Source: Nostoc sp. PCC 7120 = FACHB-418
GTDB lineage: Bacteria > Cyanobacteriota > Cyanobacteriia > Cyanobacteriales > Nostocaceae
Reading direction: 5' to 3'
NCBI RefSeq assembly: GCF_000009705.1
Contig: NC_003272.1
Span: forward strand, 3,780,001-3,812,000
DNA: 32,000 nucleotides
How positions within the stretch are numbered: the first letter of the stretch is position 1; every line of letters starts with the position of its first letter. Below are positions 8,968-17,646 of the stretch, one piece after another. Position numbers and translations under genes: made by a program. The notes under the pieces are model-generated. The model worked only from the letters and a program-made list of their open reading frames with translations, had not been told where the DNA came from and ran no database searches.

Positions 8968-9447
8968 TTAAAGCGCCTTAAAGTATCTAGCCACTGGGAA
9001 AAGCTCAAAACCTGCCTTCTCATAAGTGTGACGTGCTGGAGCATGACCAGGATCACCTGCCGTCTCAACCATCGCAATAGACATCCCAGCATCTTTCATC
9101 TGATCTAAAGCAAATTCTATCAAAGCGCTGCCAATGCCATGACCTTGAAAATCTGGATCGACAGCAACCATGTAGATTTCACCCATACTGTCTTCTGAGT
9201 GTAGTTTCATAGCGACAAAGCCCACAGTAGAGCCTTCATCGATCGCAACCCATACATTCGTGTCTTCCGCAGCACAGACATCCTCAACAGATTTTTGCTG
9301 ACTCACTTGCCATTGATTGGGATAGAACGCCTGATATACATCAGCATTCATAACGCTCTGAAGTGAATCAAAGACCGGAGTCCATGCCCGAAGCGAAAGC
9401 CGAACAACAGCCTCAAGATGATGGGGGGTGTATGCTTCAATGTGCAT
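8968..9447 (-). CDS. GNAT family N-acetyltransferase
   Basis: Acetyl-CoA binding motif VDPDFQGHGIGSALIEFAL. I prefer the ATG at 9447 over the TTG at 9483. Confidence 0.8.
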   Translation of the reverse strand: MHIEAYTPHHLEAVVRLSLRAWTPVFDSLQSVMNADVYQAFYPNQWQVSQQKSVEDVCAAEDTNVWVAIDEGSTVGFVAMKLHSEDSMGEIYMVAVDPDFQGHGIGSALIEFALDQMKDAGMSIAMVETAGDPGHAPARHTYEKAGFELFPVARYFKAL

Positions 9448-9586
9448 TTTGATGTCGCAACAAAAATCTGTGAACTTCGCCAAGCATAGTACAAAATACT
9501 ACAAAACAATATCGTCTAAATTTTGGATACTCACAGATAGCCTTTAAACTGCTACCCTACCCAGAATTGAGCCACATAACTATATT

Positions 9587-9611
9587 ATTATACGGAAAGT
9601 TTCCGTATAAT
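9587..9611. promoter_or_regulatory. Perfect palindrome ATTATACGGAAA-g-TTTCCGTATAAT (12-nt arms), with an extra half-site TATACGGAAA at 9661-9670
   Basis: Read directly. It lies 140-165 nt upstream of the GNAT start. The 1-nt centre favours a dimeric protein operator over an RNA hairpin. Confidence 0.5.
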
Positions 9612-9836
9612 TTTTTGTCAATCCTAATATATCAAGCATTACAACGAACTCCTGTCTGAATATACGGAAAACTTCTTTTTTACATCCCTGCCTGGGTATT
9701 ATGCCAGATTTCTTCGTGATTTTTTATACCTATACTCATGTTCTGAATCGGGGTGGTAAGGCTGTGCGTAGCCCCCTTGATTAGAAATACTGGCATATAT
9801 TTTGCATGAATTTTGAACACCTAAAATGGTACAAAG

Positions 9837-9929
9837 TTAACACCCTAGCTCATAGCCATAACACCACACAGCAGGCAAGTGGATTGCTGATGGGTATTCT
9901 GCTTCATCTTCCACCAGTAAAATTCGCAT
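9837..9929 (-). pseudogene. 5' stub of an OmpR/CheY-type response regulator gene (30 codons, then a stop)
   Basis: The minus strand reads MRILLVEDEAEYPSAIHLPAVWCYGYELGC*. The MRILLVEDE...GYE pattern is the canonical receiver N-terminus, and nothing receiver-like follows. Confidence 0.6.
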
Positions 9930-9945
9930 CGCCTTAATGCAAGGG

Positions 9946-10554
9946 TTAAGCAATTACTTTGCTTTCATCACAAAGAGAAATAATTTGGTTTATAAAAGCT
10001 TTCAGTTCTGGACAAGCTTGAATGGCAACTATCAAATCATTTTTCTCCAAAATTTTTTTGCCATGAATGGGCTTGTTATAATCTTGCCTTCCTCCTGATT
10101 TGAAAATTTCTTTAAGATGGTAGGAAGGCGGTTGCTGGTGATTTACAGTTTCAGGAGAACCACTAGGAGCAGAGCGGTTATGTTTTGCTAAGGATTGGAT
10201 AGTTTTCCAGTACGGGAGGAGCCATGCTTCAAAGTCATGCAGTGCTGTGTGAGGATAAAATTTGGGGTTGTTACCAGCCCACTTCATCATTTGGGCTTTA
10301 GCATCAGCTGCATCTTGAAAATCTTTAGTTCCTGTATACACGTCTGTGAGAGCAATTACAGCATCATAAACACTATTACCGGTCAGTAAATTTTCAACTA
10401 CACGCCTGAGTTTTTCTTCTTTAGGAATTCGACCGTTTTGCGGAATAAACTTGAGCTTTGGCATTTGTTGTCCTAAACGAGTTTGGAGAAACTTACGTAG
10501 TTCTTCTCTAAAAGCTACCTCAGTAGCCCCTTCAACTAAGATGGCAATTTTCAT
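9946..10554 (-). CDS. DUF4276-like protein (putative TOPRIM-like partner of the upstream ATPase)
   Basis: 202 aa from the ATG at 10554: MKIAILVEGATEVAF..., VIALTDVY, HDFEAWLLPYW. The start overlaps the ATPase stop as ATGA. Confidence 0.7.
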   Translation of the reverse strand: MKIAILVEGATEVAFREELRKFLQTRLGQQMPKLKFIPQNGRIPKEEKLRRVVENLLTGNSVYDAVIALTDVYTGTKDFQDAADAKAQMMKWAGNNPKFYPHTALHDFEAWLLPYWKTIQSLAKHNRSAPSGSPETVNHQQPPSYHLKEIFKSGGRQDYNKPIHGKKILEKNDLIVAIQACPELKAFINQIISLCDESKVIA

Positions 10555-11696
10555 GGGCGACCACCCATTAAATTCATCGCCCAAACTTGATCAAGGCTGT
10601 AGTCTTCTAACCATTTATCTAAATCAAGCGTATCTGCCCAAGTCATTCTTGCCTCACCTTCCTCAAGATCACAAATTAAAACTTCATGTGGTTCAAGAAA
10701 CCTAATGAGTCGATCTGAATGGGTTGCTACTATAAGCTGTGTATATTTTGAAGCTTCTCTCATCCAATAAACTAAATGTCTCAAAAGCTCAGGATGCAAG
10801 CTAACTTCTGGCTCATCTAGTAAAGTAATTGTTGTTAAACTCTGGCTTTGTAAAAGGGTCACTAGCCAAAGGAAACGTAGCGTTCCTTCTGATAATTCAT
10901 GCACATATATGGGTTGAGAAAAGTTTCTGTCTGTCCAAGTCATGGAAATAGTTCCGGCGGCGACAGGAGGGAAGTTTAACCTCTCAAAATCTGGAAATGC
11001 TGTAGAAACAACATCCTCTACCATTTCAAAACGATCTCCATCTGTTTCCCGAAGATCATAGAGACAGGAAACTAAGTCTTCACCACTTGCACCAGGTAGC
11101 TTGGCAGGGCGCATTGGCTGAGGCAAGCGAATCGGGCTTTTCTCAGAAACATCAAGCGCTCCATAGTAAGTGCAAGAAGCAAGACTTTTTCTCAAGTTCT
11201 CAGGTTCACGATACATTTTAGGAACTTGAGAGAGTGATGTTTCAAGCGGATTATGTTCCCAATTTGGTCTTAAAAGCCCACTACCTTCCTGAAAATATTT
11301 GATATCTAATCCATGCGATTCAATATATTTAAACGGTTCAGACTTGTTTGGATTTCGTTGCTGTGTTAAAGTTTCGTTTCTAATTTCGTAAGATAGTCCT
11401 TTAGGAGACAAGGTTAAACCATACTTCAAAGGTTGCTCTTGTGGGACTCTCATGGAAACTTCAATTTCAAGCTCCTGCGCTTTGCCTCTGGTTAAAATCT
11501 CATTTAATCCACCTTTAGATTGCAACGTTTCTTGCAACTTGCCATTGGCTGAAGCAGCTAGTGTTGAAAGAACATCCAAAAACGAAGTTTTTCCTGCTCC
11601 ATTCGCCCCAATCATGACAATAAGATCTCTCATCTCAAGGTCAATTTGTCGAAAGCGGCGAAAGCCTCTCACTGATATATTTTCAAATCTGTCCAT
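10551..11696 (-). CDS. ABC/SMC-like ATPase of the AAA_21 type (OLD/AriA/PtuA/AbiLi-like)
   Basis: Walker A GANGAGKT, a long insertion, signature-like LSEGTLRF, Walker B ITLLDEPEVSLHP and H-loop VATHS. Confidence 0.8.
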   Translation of the reverse strand: MDRFENISVRGFRRFRQIDLEMRDLIVMIGANGAGKTSFLDVLSTLAASANGKLQETLQSKGGLNEILTRGKAQELEIEVSMRVPQEQPLKYGLTLSPKGLSYEIRNETLTQQRNPNKSEPFKYIESHGLDIKYFQEGSGLLRPNWEHNPLETSLSQVPKMYREPENLRKSLASCTYYGALDVSEKSPIRLPQPMRPAKLPGASGEDLVSCLYDLRETDGDRFEMVEDVVSTAFPDFERLNFPPVAAGTISMTWTDRNFSQPIYVHELSEGTLRFLWLVTLLQSQSLTTITLLDEPEVSLHPELLRHLVYWMREASKYTQLIVATHSDRLIRFLEPHEVLICDLEEGEARMTWADTLDLDKWLEDYSLDQVWAMNLMGGRP

Positions 11697-11746
11697 ACGG
11701 CTGTAATTACCAGTAAAAGTCGTCGAGCTTGCTTAGGCGATGAAGT

Positions 11747-11994
11747 CTATATCGTTCCTAGTATAGCAATAGACCACAGTTGTGCCATTTGAGCTTGTGT
11801 CTTATCCCCGTGCATCACTGCAAACTGGCTAAACTTTTCCCAGTCAGTTATTTTGGCTTTTGTTGTGTTGGGAAGATTCGGCTTGGATTGGTAGTCCCCT
11901 GTTTGAGCATACCTTTGTAGCCACAGATTTATAGTGTTGCGACTTCACCTCCACAGCCTTTACAAAAACATCTGCAATTGCACCTGGATTTCAT
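11747..11994 (-). mobile_element. IS630/Tc1-mariner family transposase remnant (N-terminal HTH part only, with a stop and a frameshift)
   Basis: The minus strand reads SRNTINLWLQRYAQTGDYQSKPNLPNTTKAKITDWEKFSQFAVMHGDKTQAQMAQLW..., matching cyanobacterial IS630 ORF N-termini. An in-frame TGA lies at 11945-11947 and no DDE domain follows. Confidence 0.65.
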
Positions 11995-12087
11995 CTGTCC
12001 TTTGGCAAACTATGGAGAACTTTTGTTTAATTCAGTATCTATTGTGAGGAGTGTTATGAAACCTTTTATGTTAGTGAGTTCCATTTT

Positions 12088-12444
12088 GGATTTATTACCC
12101 TATTTGGCGTTGCTGTCCGCGATGGCTTGTTGTTGGTAGACAACTATAACAATAAGTTTGCTCAGGGAATGCTCCTTAAAGATGTGATTGTCAACGGTTC
12201 TCCGGAACGAGTGAACGCCATTCTGATGACCGCACTTACTTCCACACTAGGGATGCTGCCTTTGGCGATCGCTAGTGGGGCTGGAAATGAAATTCTACAA
12301 CTCTTAGCAATTGTCGTTTTAGGCGGTTTATTTACATCTACAGCTTTGACTTTATTAGTTATTCCAGCTCTCTACGCCAAATTTGGCAAACAATTAATGC
12401 CTCAACAGAAACCTGTTTTGATTAACCAAACCTGGTCAAACTAA
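12088..12444 (+). pseudogene. 3' fragment (about 118 codons) of a CzcA/CusA-type heavy-metal RND permease
   Basis: GFITLFGVAVRDGLLLVDNY...ERVNAILMTALTSTLGMLPLAIASGAGNEI...LTLLVIPALY is the conserved C-terminal TM11-12 region of ~1040-aa proteins. Similarity stops abruptly upstream of ~12088. Confidence 0.75.
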
Positions 12445-12609
12445 TAACAATGATGCTGTGACAAAAAAGTGCTGTGAAAATCATGAGTTTACTTGGGCTT
12501 TCACCTGATACTTGTAGCAATCTTGTGGATAATTCCTCTTAGTCGAATTCTATTCCGCGAACGGTGAGACTTTTGGTAAAATATAAATAAATTACCAAAA
12601 TTTTGGCTT

Positions 12610-12819
12610 ATGTCTGACTCAATGAACTCTTTACGCACTTTGAGTCAGATTATTTGCCACGATTGTGCTTTTCACGCCAAGGTAGAAGGAGCGATCGCCT
12701 GTGTTCACCCGGAAGAATTAGGGGTAAACTGTGCCGTTGTCATTTTCTGCAATTCCTTCCAACCATCCCAAGAAATTGATAGTCCTTGTGTGACTTTCGG
12801 TAGCGATGACGTAGAATAG
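12610..12819 (+). CDS. Hypothetical small Cys-rich protein (69 aa)
   Basis: ORF only. It has 7 Cys and contains a HIP1 site. I recognise no family. Confidence 0.35.
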   Translation: MSDSMNSLRTLSQIICHDCAFHAKVEGAIACVHPEELGVNCAVVIFCNSFQPSQEIDSPCVTFGSDDVE

Positions 12820-12860
12820 CCCACTTAGTAGTGGAGGGTAGGGCGCAGTGAGAGGAATCA

Positions 12861-12888
12861 CTGACAACTAACAACTGACAACTGACAG
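12861..12888. repeat. STRR-like tandem heptamers (CTGACAA CTAACAA CTGACAA CTGACAG)
   Basis: Read directly. The array abuts the stop codon (12889-12891) of the pyruvyl transferase gene. Confidence 0.8.
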
Positions 12889-13803
12889 TTAAATCTTGAA
12901 CTTACCTTGAGCAAAATCCAGTTTAAACTGCTCCAAACAGCCTTCTAATCGGGATAACATCTCTTCAATCCGAGCATCGCTGCTCAGGTGAGGTTTGGCT
13001 ACTTTCACTAAACTAGACAGTTCCCGTGCGGTTTTTTGCTGTCGTAGCCAGTCCTGCAATTTTCGGGCTGGAGTCAGGAGATTATCTAACTTATTAGTAG
13101 TCTTGTTATTCGCCCATCCACCTGTAGAAAAACGGGGTTGATAAAAGTGACTCAGGGAGTAAGACTGATACTCAAGTTTCATAGAAGCACACCAATCTTG
13201 CCACTTGAGGGGCAGAATCGAGGGATGGGTGCTGACTGGAATCCACGGTACTCGTAGGGTATCTGCAACAATCGCTCCGTGCATGGCTTCACAAACCAGA
13301 ACTTCTGTTTGACGAATGCGTGTCAAAATATCTTCAATTTCCCAAGCTGGACTGATGTAGCCAAAACCCAATTGATCACAAACTCTCTGCCAACCATCTC
13401 CCGCAAAATTATAGTGAGGCATATAGGAGAATTTATATTTTTTGGGAACGGAACTGTGATCTATTAATTTACGTAGCAAGAGTGCGCCATCTGTAACCGC
13501 TAAATCGCTACTCAAACCCAGTTTTTCTGCTGAGATTGGCCCTCGTACACAGTAGATATGGTAAGACTCATCAATCACAGGGGTAGCTTTTTCGTAGCCT
13601 GCGCCTGTGCTAAAAATAACTCGCAATTTTGCCTGGGGGGTACGGCGTGGGAGTGCGTCGTTAATGAGCGTTCCAATTCCCACAAAAGCGCAATTGGCAT
13701 CATCATCTAAGATTCCAGGAATCAGTTTTTCCCACAACCAAGGATTCAGCGCATCTCCAAAATTTTGCCTACCTTCTGGATACTTGCAATAGTAAAGTTT
13801 CAT
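12889..13803 (-). CDS. Polysaccharide pyruvyl transferase family protein (ExoV-like)
   Basis: N-terminus MKLYYCKYPEGRQNFGDALNPWLWEKL and an overall ExoV/CsaB-like pattern. Confidence 0.75.
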   Translation of the reverse strand: MKLYYCKYPEGRQNFGDALNPWLWEKLIPGILDDDANCAFVGIGTLINDALPRRTPQAKLRVIFSTGAGYEKATPVIDESYHIYCVRGPISAEKLGLSSDLAVTDGALLLRKLIDHSSVPKKYKFSYMPHYNFAGDGWQRVCDQLGFGYISPAWEIEDILTRIRQTEVLVCEAMHGAIVADTLRVPWIPVSTHPSILPLKWQDWCASMKLEYQSYSLSHFYQPRFSTGGWANNKTTNKLDNLLTPARKLQDWLRQQKTARELSSLVKVAKPHLSSDARIEEMLSRLEGCLEQFKLDFAQGKFKI

Positions 13804-13950
13804 AGTTAACTAAAATATAACTTTCATGAGCATAGAGACTAGAGATTATATCGTGTCCGGTTGAACACCTATCATACCCGTGGCCTTGGTCATTAGTAAC
13901 CAGTAATAAGCTATTACGCATTTAATGTATATTTCGCACTCAGGTTGTCA

Positions 13951-13978
13951 AAAGTCCAAAGTCCACAGTCCACAGTCC
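13951..13978. repeat. Tandem heptamers (AAAGTCC x2, ACAGTCC x2)
   Basis: Read directly, in an intergenic region. Confidence 0.8.
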
Positions 13979-14210
13979 AAGCTAGCCTTTGACTCTGGAG
14001 TCTTGACTATGGACAGCCCTGACGCAAGAATATTTGATTTAGGTGCGTATCACCCTAGTTACCCATTACTAATTACCCATGACCATTTCAACCAACCATA
14101 TTGTAAGTAATTAACCGGACTTGAATAGTGATTTTTTCACAGATCAGTAAAGATTTATAAACCTGGCAAGATAGCCAAATTTGCGAAATATATCAATGAA
14201 AAACCAATTT

Positions 14211-15479
14211 CTAACCTTCAAGTAGCTGTCTAGCAAAGGCGATCGCTGCTTCTGTTGTTGTCACTTTCCCCTCAATTCTGGCGATCGCAATCTCTGTTAG
14301 TAATTCTCCCACCAGTGGCGAGGGGGGAAGATCGAGTGCTATCATTAGATTTTTACCACTTACTAGCTGAGTGGGATGAGCGACCAGATCATCAGGGTTA
14401 AGGTAGCGGGTGATCAATGGAGAGTAAGCGGATAGCCGATTGTCGCCAGACATCGCCTCTACCAGGATATCTTGTACTAAAGCTAAAACAGCGATCGCTG
14501 CAAATACCATACCTGCTTCTTGAAACACAAAGTACTGTTCTCGCAAGGTATTAGCTGTTTTTAGCTGGGGAAATAGTTTCACAGCCGTAGTTACAGCGCG
14601 AATCTCGGCGCGACTGTAGGTGAGTTTTTGCAGCTCGATTTCTGCAACACTTGGATCAGGGTGGACTAGACAAGCGAGTTTGGCAATACTTAGCCAAGTG
14701 GTTTTTACTGTTTCCCGGACGTATCCTTGCAGTTCCACACCTAGTTGCGGCCACTGTTTTGCCAATAAATCAGCGACTTCATCAACTACCGCTAATTTAC
14801 GAAAGCTTTCAGGTGTGGTATTTGGGAAGAATTGCTTGAGTAAACCATCATTCTCAGCAATTGCCATCCAAGTATGACCTTGAGGACTAGCAAGTAAATA
14901 GCCAATTTCTACTCGCACTCGTTCGGCGGCGACTTGACACAGATGTGATGCTAAATCACGAATAGCGGCTTGGGTTGTCGGTTCAATAGTAAAGCCTAGT
15001 TGAGCGGCTTGGCGGTAAGCTCGTAATAAACGTAAAGGGTCGTCTTTGAGGTTAGCTTTGGCTATCATCCGCAACACACCCGCCTGTAAGTCAGCATAAC
15101 CGTTGAGGGGGTCGATGATTTCTTGGGTGTGGGGATTGTAGGCGATCGCATTAACTGTAAAATCCCTTCTATGCAGATCAGTCTCTAAACTATCCCCTTC
15201 CTGTTGAGCAAAGTCGGCTGTAGCCTGGGGAAATACCACCCGCGCAATTCGCCGCACCGGATCGAGTAAAACAAAACCAGCTTGGTAACGATGAGCGATC
15301 GTTCTAGCTACTTTCACAGCGTCCGATGGTATCACAAAATCTAGATCCAGATATTCTCGACTTCTACCTAGCATGGCATCCCGCACCGCACCACCAACCA
15401 TATAAGCAGGTTGTGGCAACCATTCCAGGCTAAAAGGCCAATTTTCAGATGCTAGGGTAGAAGGAACAAATCCAGACAT
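14211..15479 (-). CDS. cca: CCA tRNA nucleotidyltransferase / poly(A) polymerase family
   Basis: GGAVRDAMLGR...DLDFV nucleotidyltransferase motif and RRDFTVNA motif. Confidence 0.85.
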   Translation of the reverse strand: MSGFVPSTLASENWPFSLEWLPQPAYMVGGAVRDAMLGRSREYLDLDFVIPSDAVKVARTIAHRYQAGFVLLDPVRRIARVVFPQATADFAQQEGDSLETDLHRRDFTVNAIAYNPHTQEIIDPLNGYADLQAGVLRMIAKANLKDDPLRLLRAYRQAAQLGFTIEPTTQAAIRDLASHLCQVAAERVRVEIGYLLASPQGHTWMAIAENDGLLKQFFPNTTPESFRKLAVVDEVADLLAKQWPQLGVELQGYVRETVKTTWLSIAKLACLVHPDPSVAEIELQKLTYSRAEIRAVTTAVKLFPQLKTANTLREQYFVFQEAGMVFAAIAVLALVQDILVEAMSGDNRLSAYSPLITRYLNPDDLVAHPTQLVSGKNLMIALDLPPSPLVGELLTEIAIARIEGKVTTTEAAIAFARQLLEG

Positions 15480-15564
15480 TGTAATAAAACTCTAACCAGT
15501 AACTGGTGCTGAATGCTTTAGCTTAAGCTAGATTAACAATAAAGGACTTGGAGTTGGTTCTATT

Positions 15565-15813
15565 ATGTGTATTTGCGTAAACTGCCACTATGTAGACCGT
15601 TGTGTAACTTATAATGCCGTAGAAGCACAACACCAACAACCCCATTTAACTGAAACCCCAGATTTTGACCCTAATGAACCCTCCATCAACGTTAACATTC
15701 GCACCAAAGATGATGTGATTGAAATGGAATGGGATGTTGTTGGTTGTCTCAGCTTTAAGTCAGAAATGGGCAAGTGGTCGAAGTTGCGTCCGGGTGAGTT
15801 AGTCCCGACTTGA
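15565..15813 (+). CDS. ycf34: Ycf34 family protein
   Basis: MCICVNCHYVDRCVTYNAVE... cysteine pattern typical of Ycf34. Confidence 0.85.
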   Translation: MCICVNCHYVDRCVTYNAVEAQHQQPHLTETPDFDPNEPSINVNIRTKDDVIEMEWDVVGCLSFKSEMGKWSKLRPGELVPT

Positions 15814-15928
15814 TTAATTTGTCAATCAGAGGAAAAGGATAGTTTGATTTGGCGCTTGCTAGGCTTTCAGGTTGACGCGCTACTACACATAACTCAAAAA
15901 TAAGGTAGTAGCTCTATACTAATTTACT

Positions 15929-16585
15929 TTGACTACGCAAATAGAAGACCTCAAATCAACAAAATACGGTTTATCCCTCCACACTACTACCCCAGAATTG
16001 GGGCTAGCAATTAGTAACTTTGCTGGCGAAACTCGCTCCCAAGTGTGGAATTTAGGGCGAGATTTATCTAGTTATATACATCAATATTTAGTAGAATTTA
16101 TCGCCCCCCAAACTTGGGCAGACTTGGCTTTTATTGCAGTTGCCAAAGGGCCTGGAGGTTATACGGGAACTCGTATTGGTGTTGTCCTGGCTCGCACTTT
16201 AGGGCAACAGTTAAATATTCCTGTGTTTGCAATTTCTACCTTAGCCGCAGTGGCTTGGGCAGAAGTCGGTAAAAATCAACAAACAAAAGCTCTTGCAGTG
16301 GAAATGCCGGCTCAAAGAGGTCAGATTTTTGGCGCGATTTATCAGTCTTCTTTGCATGGTAATGAATTAACAACTTTATTACCTGATACAGTATTTACAC
16401 CACAAGCATGGCAGGAGATTCTAGCTAACTGGCAAAGTGATTACCAGTTAGTAGAAGCCAAAGTCGATTTAGCAGCAACGGTGACAAGTATTTTGGAGCT
16501 TGCTAATTTAGAATGGCAACAAGGTAAGCGCCCTAACTGGTCGGAAGCTTTACCGTATTATGGACAACATCCTGTAGATGTATGA
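15929..16585 (+). CDS. tsaB: tRNA t6A biosynthesis protein TsaB
   Basis: GLSLHTTTPELGLAI...GPGGYTGTRIGVVLARTL motif. The start (TTG at 15929) is uncertain. Confidence 0.75.
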   Translation: MTTQIEDLKSTKYGLSLHTTTPELGLAISNFAGETRSQVWNLGRDLSSYIHQYLVEFIAPQTWADLAFIAVAKGPGGYTGTRIGVVLARTLGQQLNIPVFAISTLAAVAWAEVGKNQQTKALAVEMPAQRGQIFGAIYQSSLHGNELTTLLPDTVFTPQAWQEILANWQSDYQLVEAKVDLAATVTSILELANLEWQQGKRPNWSEALPYYGQHPVDV

Positions 16586-16620
16586 AGAAGGCAGGGAGCA
16601 TGGAGGTTATAAAAGTAATG

Positions 16621-16697
16621 ACTGTTAACTGTTGACTAATCATTAATTTTGAATTTTGAATTTTGTAGCTTTAGCTTCCCGTAGGGTATTTTGAATT
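16621..16697. repeat. Heptamer array (ACTGTTA ACTGTTG ... TTGAATT TTGAATT) fused to dispersed repeat copy B
   Basis: Read directly. The core gaattttgtagc..gcttcccgtagggtattttgaattg matches copies A and C. Confidence 0.75.
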
Positions 16698-16702
16698 GAT
16701 TC

Positions 16703-17383
16703 ATGACCATAATCTTAACTAACGATGACGGTATTGATGCACCGGGGATTAAAGCCTTAGCTCAAGCTGTCAGTGGCAAAAACTTTATCGTTGCTGCACC
16801 TAGAGACCATCAATCAGGTTGTGGTCATCAAGTTACTACTACTCGGCCAATTAATCTCCAGAGACGTTCTGATAGTGAGTATGCGATCGCTGGTACTCCT
16901 GCCGATTGTATCAGAATTGCAATTACACAAATTTCACAGGATGTCAAGTTTGTTTTGTCAGGTATCAACGCTGGTGGTAACTTGGGAGTTGATGCTTACA
17001 TTTCTGGCACTGTTGCGGCTGTCCGAGAAGCTGCTATGCACGGTATTGCCGGGGTTGCTATTTCTCACTATCGTAAAGCCAAGCAAAATTTTGATTGGGA
17101 ACTAGCTGCTAAATGGACGGCAGAAGTTTTAGAGGAATTACTGCACCGTCCTTTAGAACCGGGATACTTTTGGAATGTCAATTTACCCCATCTACAACCA
17201 GGGGAAACCCAACCAGAGTTGGTGTTTTGTCAGCCTTGCACTAAACCTCTACCAGCCAACTATCGCATTGATGGTGACGATTTTTATTATGTGGGTGAAT
17301 ATGGCAAGCGTGAACGCACACCAGGGAGTGATGTGGATGTTTGTTTTACAGGTAACATTGCCATTACACAATTAAGGGTTTGA
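16703..17383 (+). CDS. surE: 5'/3'-nucleotidase SurE
   Basis: N-terminal ILLTNDDGIDAPGI-type motif (MTIILTNDDGIDAPGIKAL) and SGINAGGNLG. Confidence 0.9.
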   Translation: MTIILTNDDGIDAPGIKALAQAVSGKNFIVAAPRDHQSGCGHQVTTTRPINLQRRSDSEYAIAGTPADCIRIAITQISQDVKFVLSGINAGGNLGVDAYISGTVAAVREAAMHGIAGVAISHYRKAKQNFDWELAAKWTAEVLEELLHRPLEPGYFWNVNLPHLQPGETQPELVFCQPCTKPLPANYRIDGDDFYYVGEYGKRERTPGSDVDVCFTGNIAITQLRV

Positions 17384-17444
17384 ACTCAATCCCGATACCC
17401 TCATAAGCTATTCTGCTTTTAAGTTGCACAATCCATCGTGAGGG

Positions 17445-17486
17445 CTGTTGACAGTCAACGGTTAACGGTTAACAGTTAACAGTCCT
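17445..17486. repeat. STRR-like heptamer array (CTGTTGA CAGTCAA CGGTTAA CGGTTAA CAGTTAA CAGTCCT)
   Basis: Read directly, downstream of surE. Confidence 0.8.
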
Positions 17487-17646
17487 TGTTAGTAGTTGTA
17501 CAATTTAGCCGCGCATTAGCTTACTGTCACAAAGGTAAAACTTACAAATCATCGTCACAATCTGGTTGTATCCCCGTCATATCCAACTGCTAAGTTAAAA
17601 CTACACAGCCGACACCTTCACTACGGAGGCTTTGTAGATAGTTGGT

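Noticed and set aside
8968-9447. The GNAT as the toxin of a GNAT/RHH (TacAT, AtaRT-type) toxin-antitoxin pair.
   Set aside because: There is no upstream antitoxin ORF. The next 460 nt upstream are non-coding, and the sequence looks like a generic GNAT.
8920-12264. HIP1 (GCGATCGC)-free gaps of ~3.3 kb at 8920-12264 and 17715-21024, coinciding with the two accessory-looking blocks, as evidence of foreign origin.
   Set aside because: I counted roughly two dozen full HIP1 sites in the window (mean spacing ~1.3-1.4 kb). Under random placement, one or two gaps of this size are expected, so on its own this is not significant. It is kept only as weak supporting context.
12571-12600. Hairpin ttttggtaa-N12-ttaccaaaa just upstream of the 69-aa Cys-rich ORF, as a possible terminator or operator.
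   Set aside because: The stem is weak (7 of its 9 pairs are A-T) in AT-rich sequence and is thermodynamically marginal. I cannot distinguish function from chance.
13925-14110. 61-aa ORF in the pyruvyl transferase-cca spacer.
   Set aside because: It reads straight through the AAAGTCC/ACAGTCC heptamer array, and it has no SD and no recognisable motifs.
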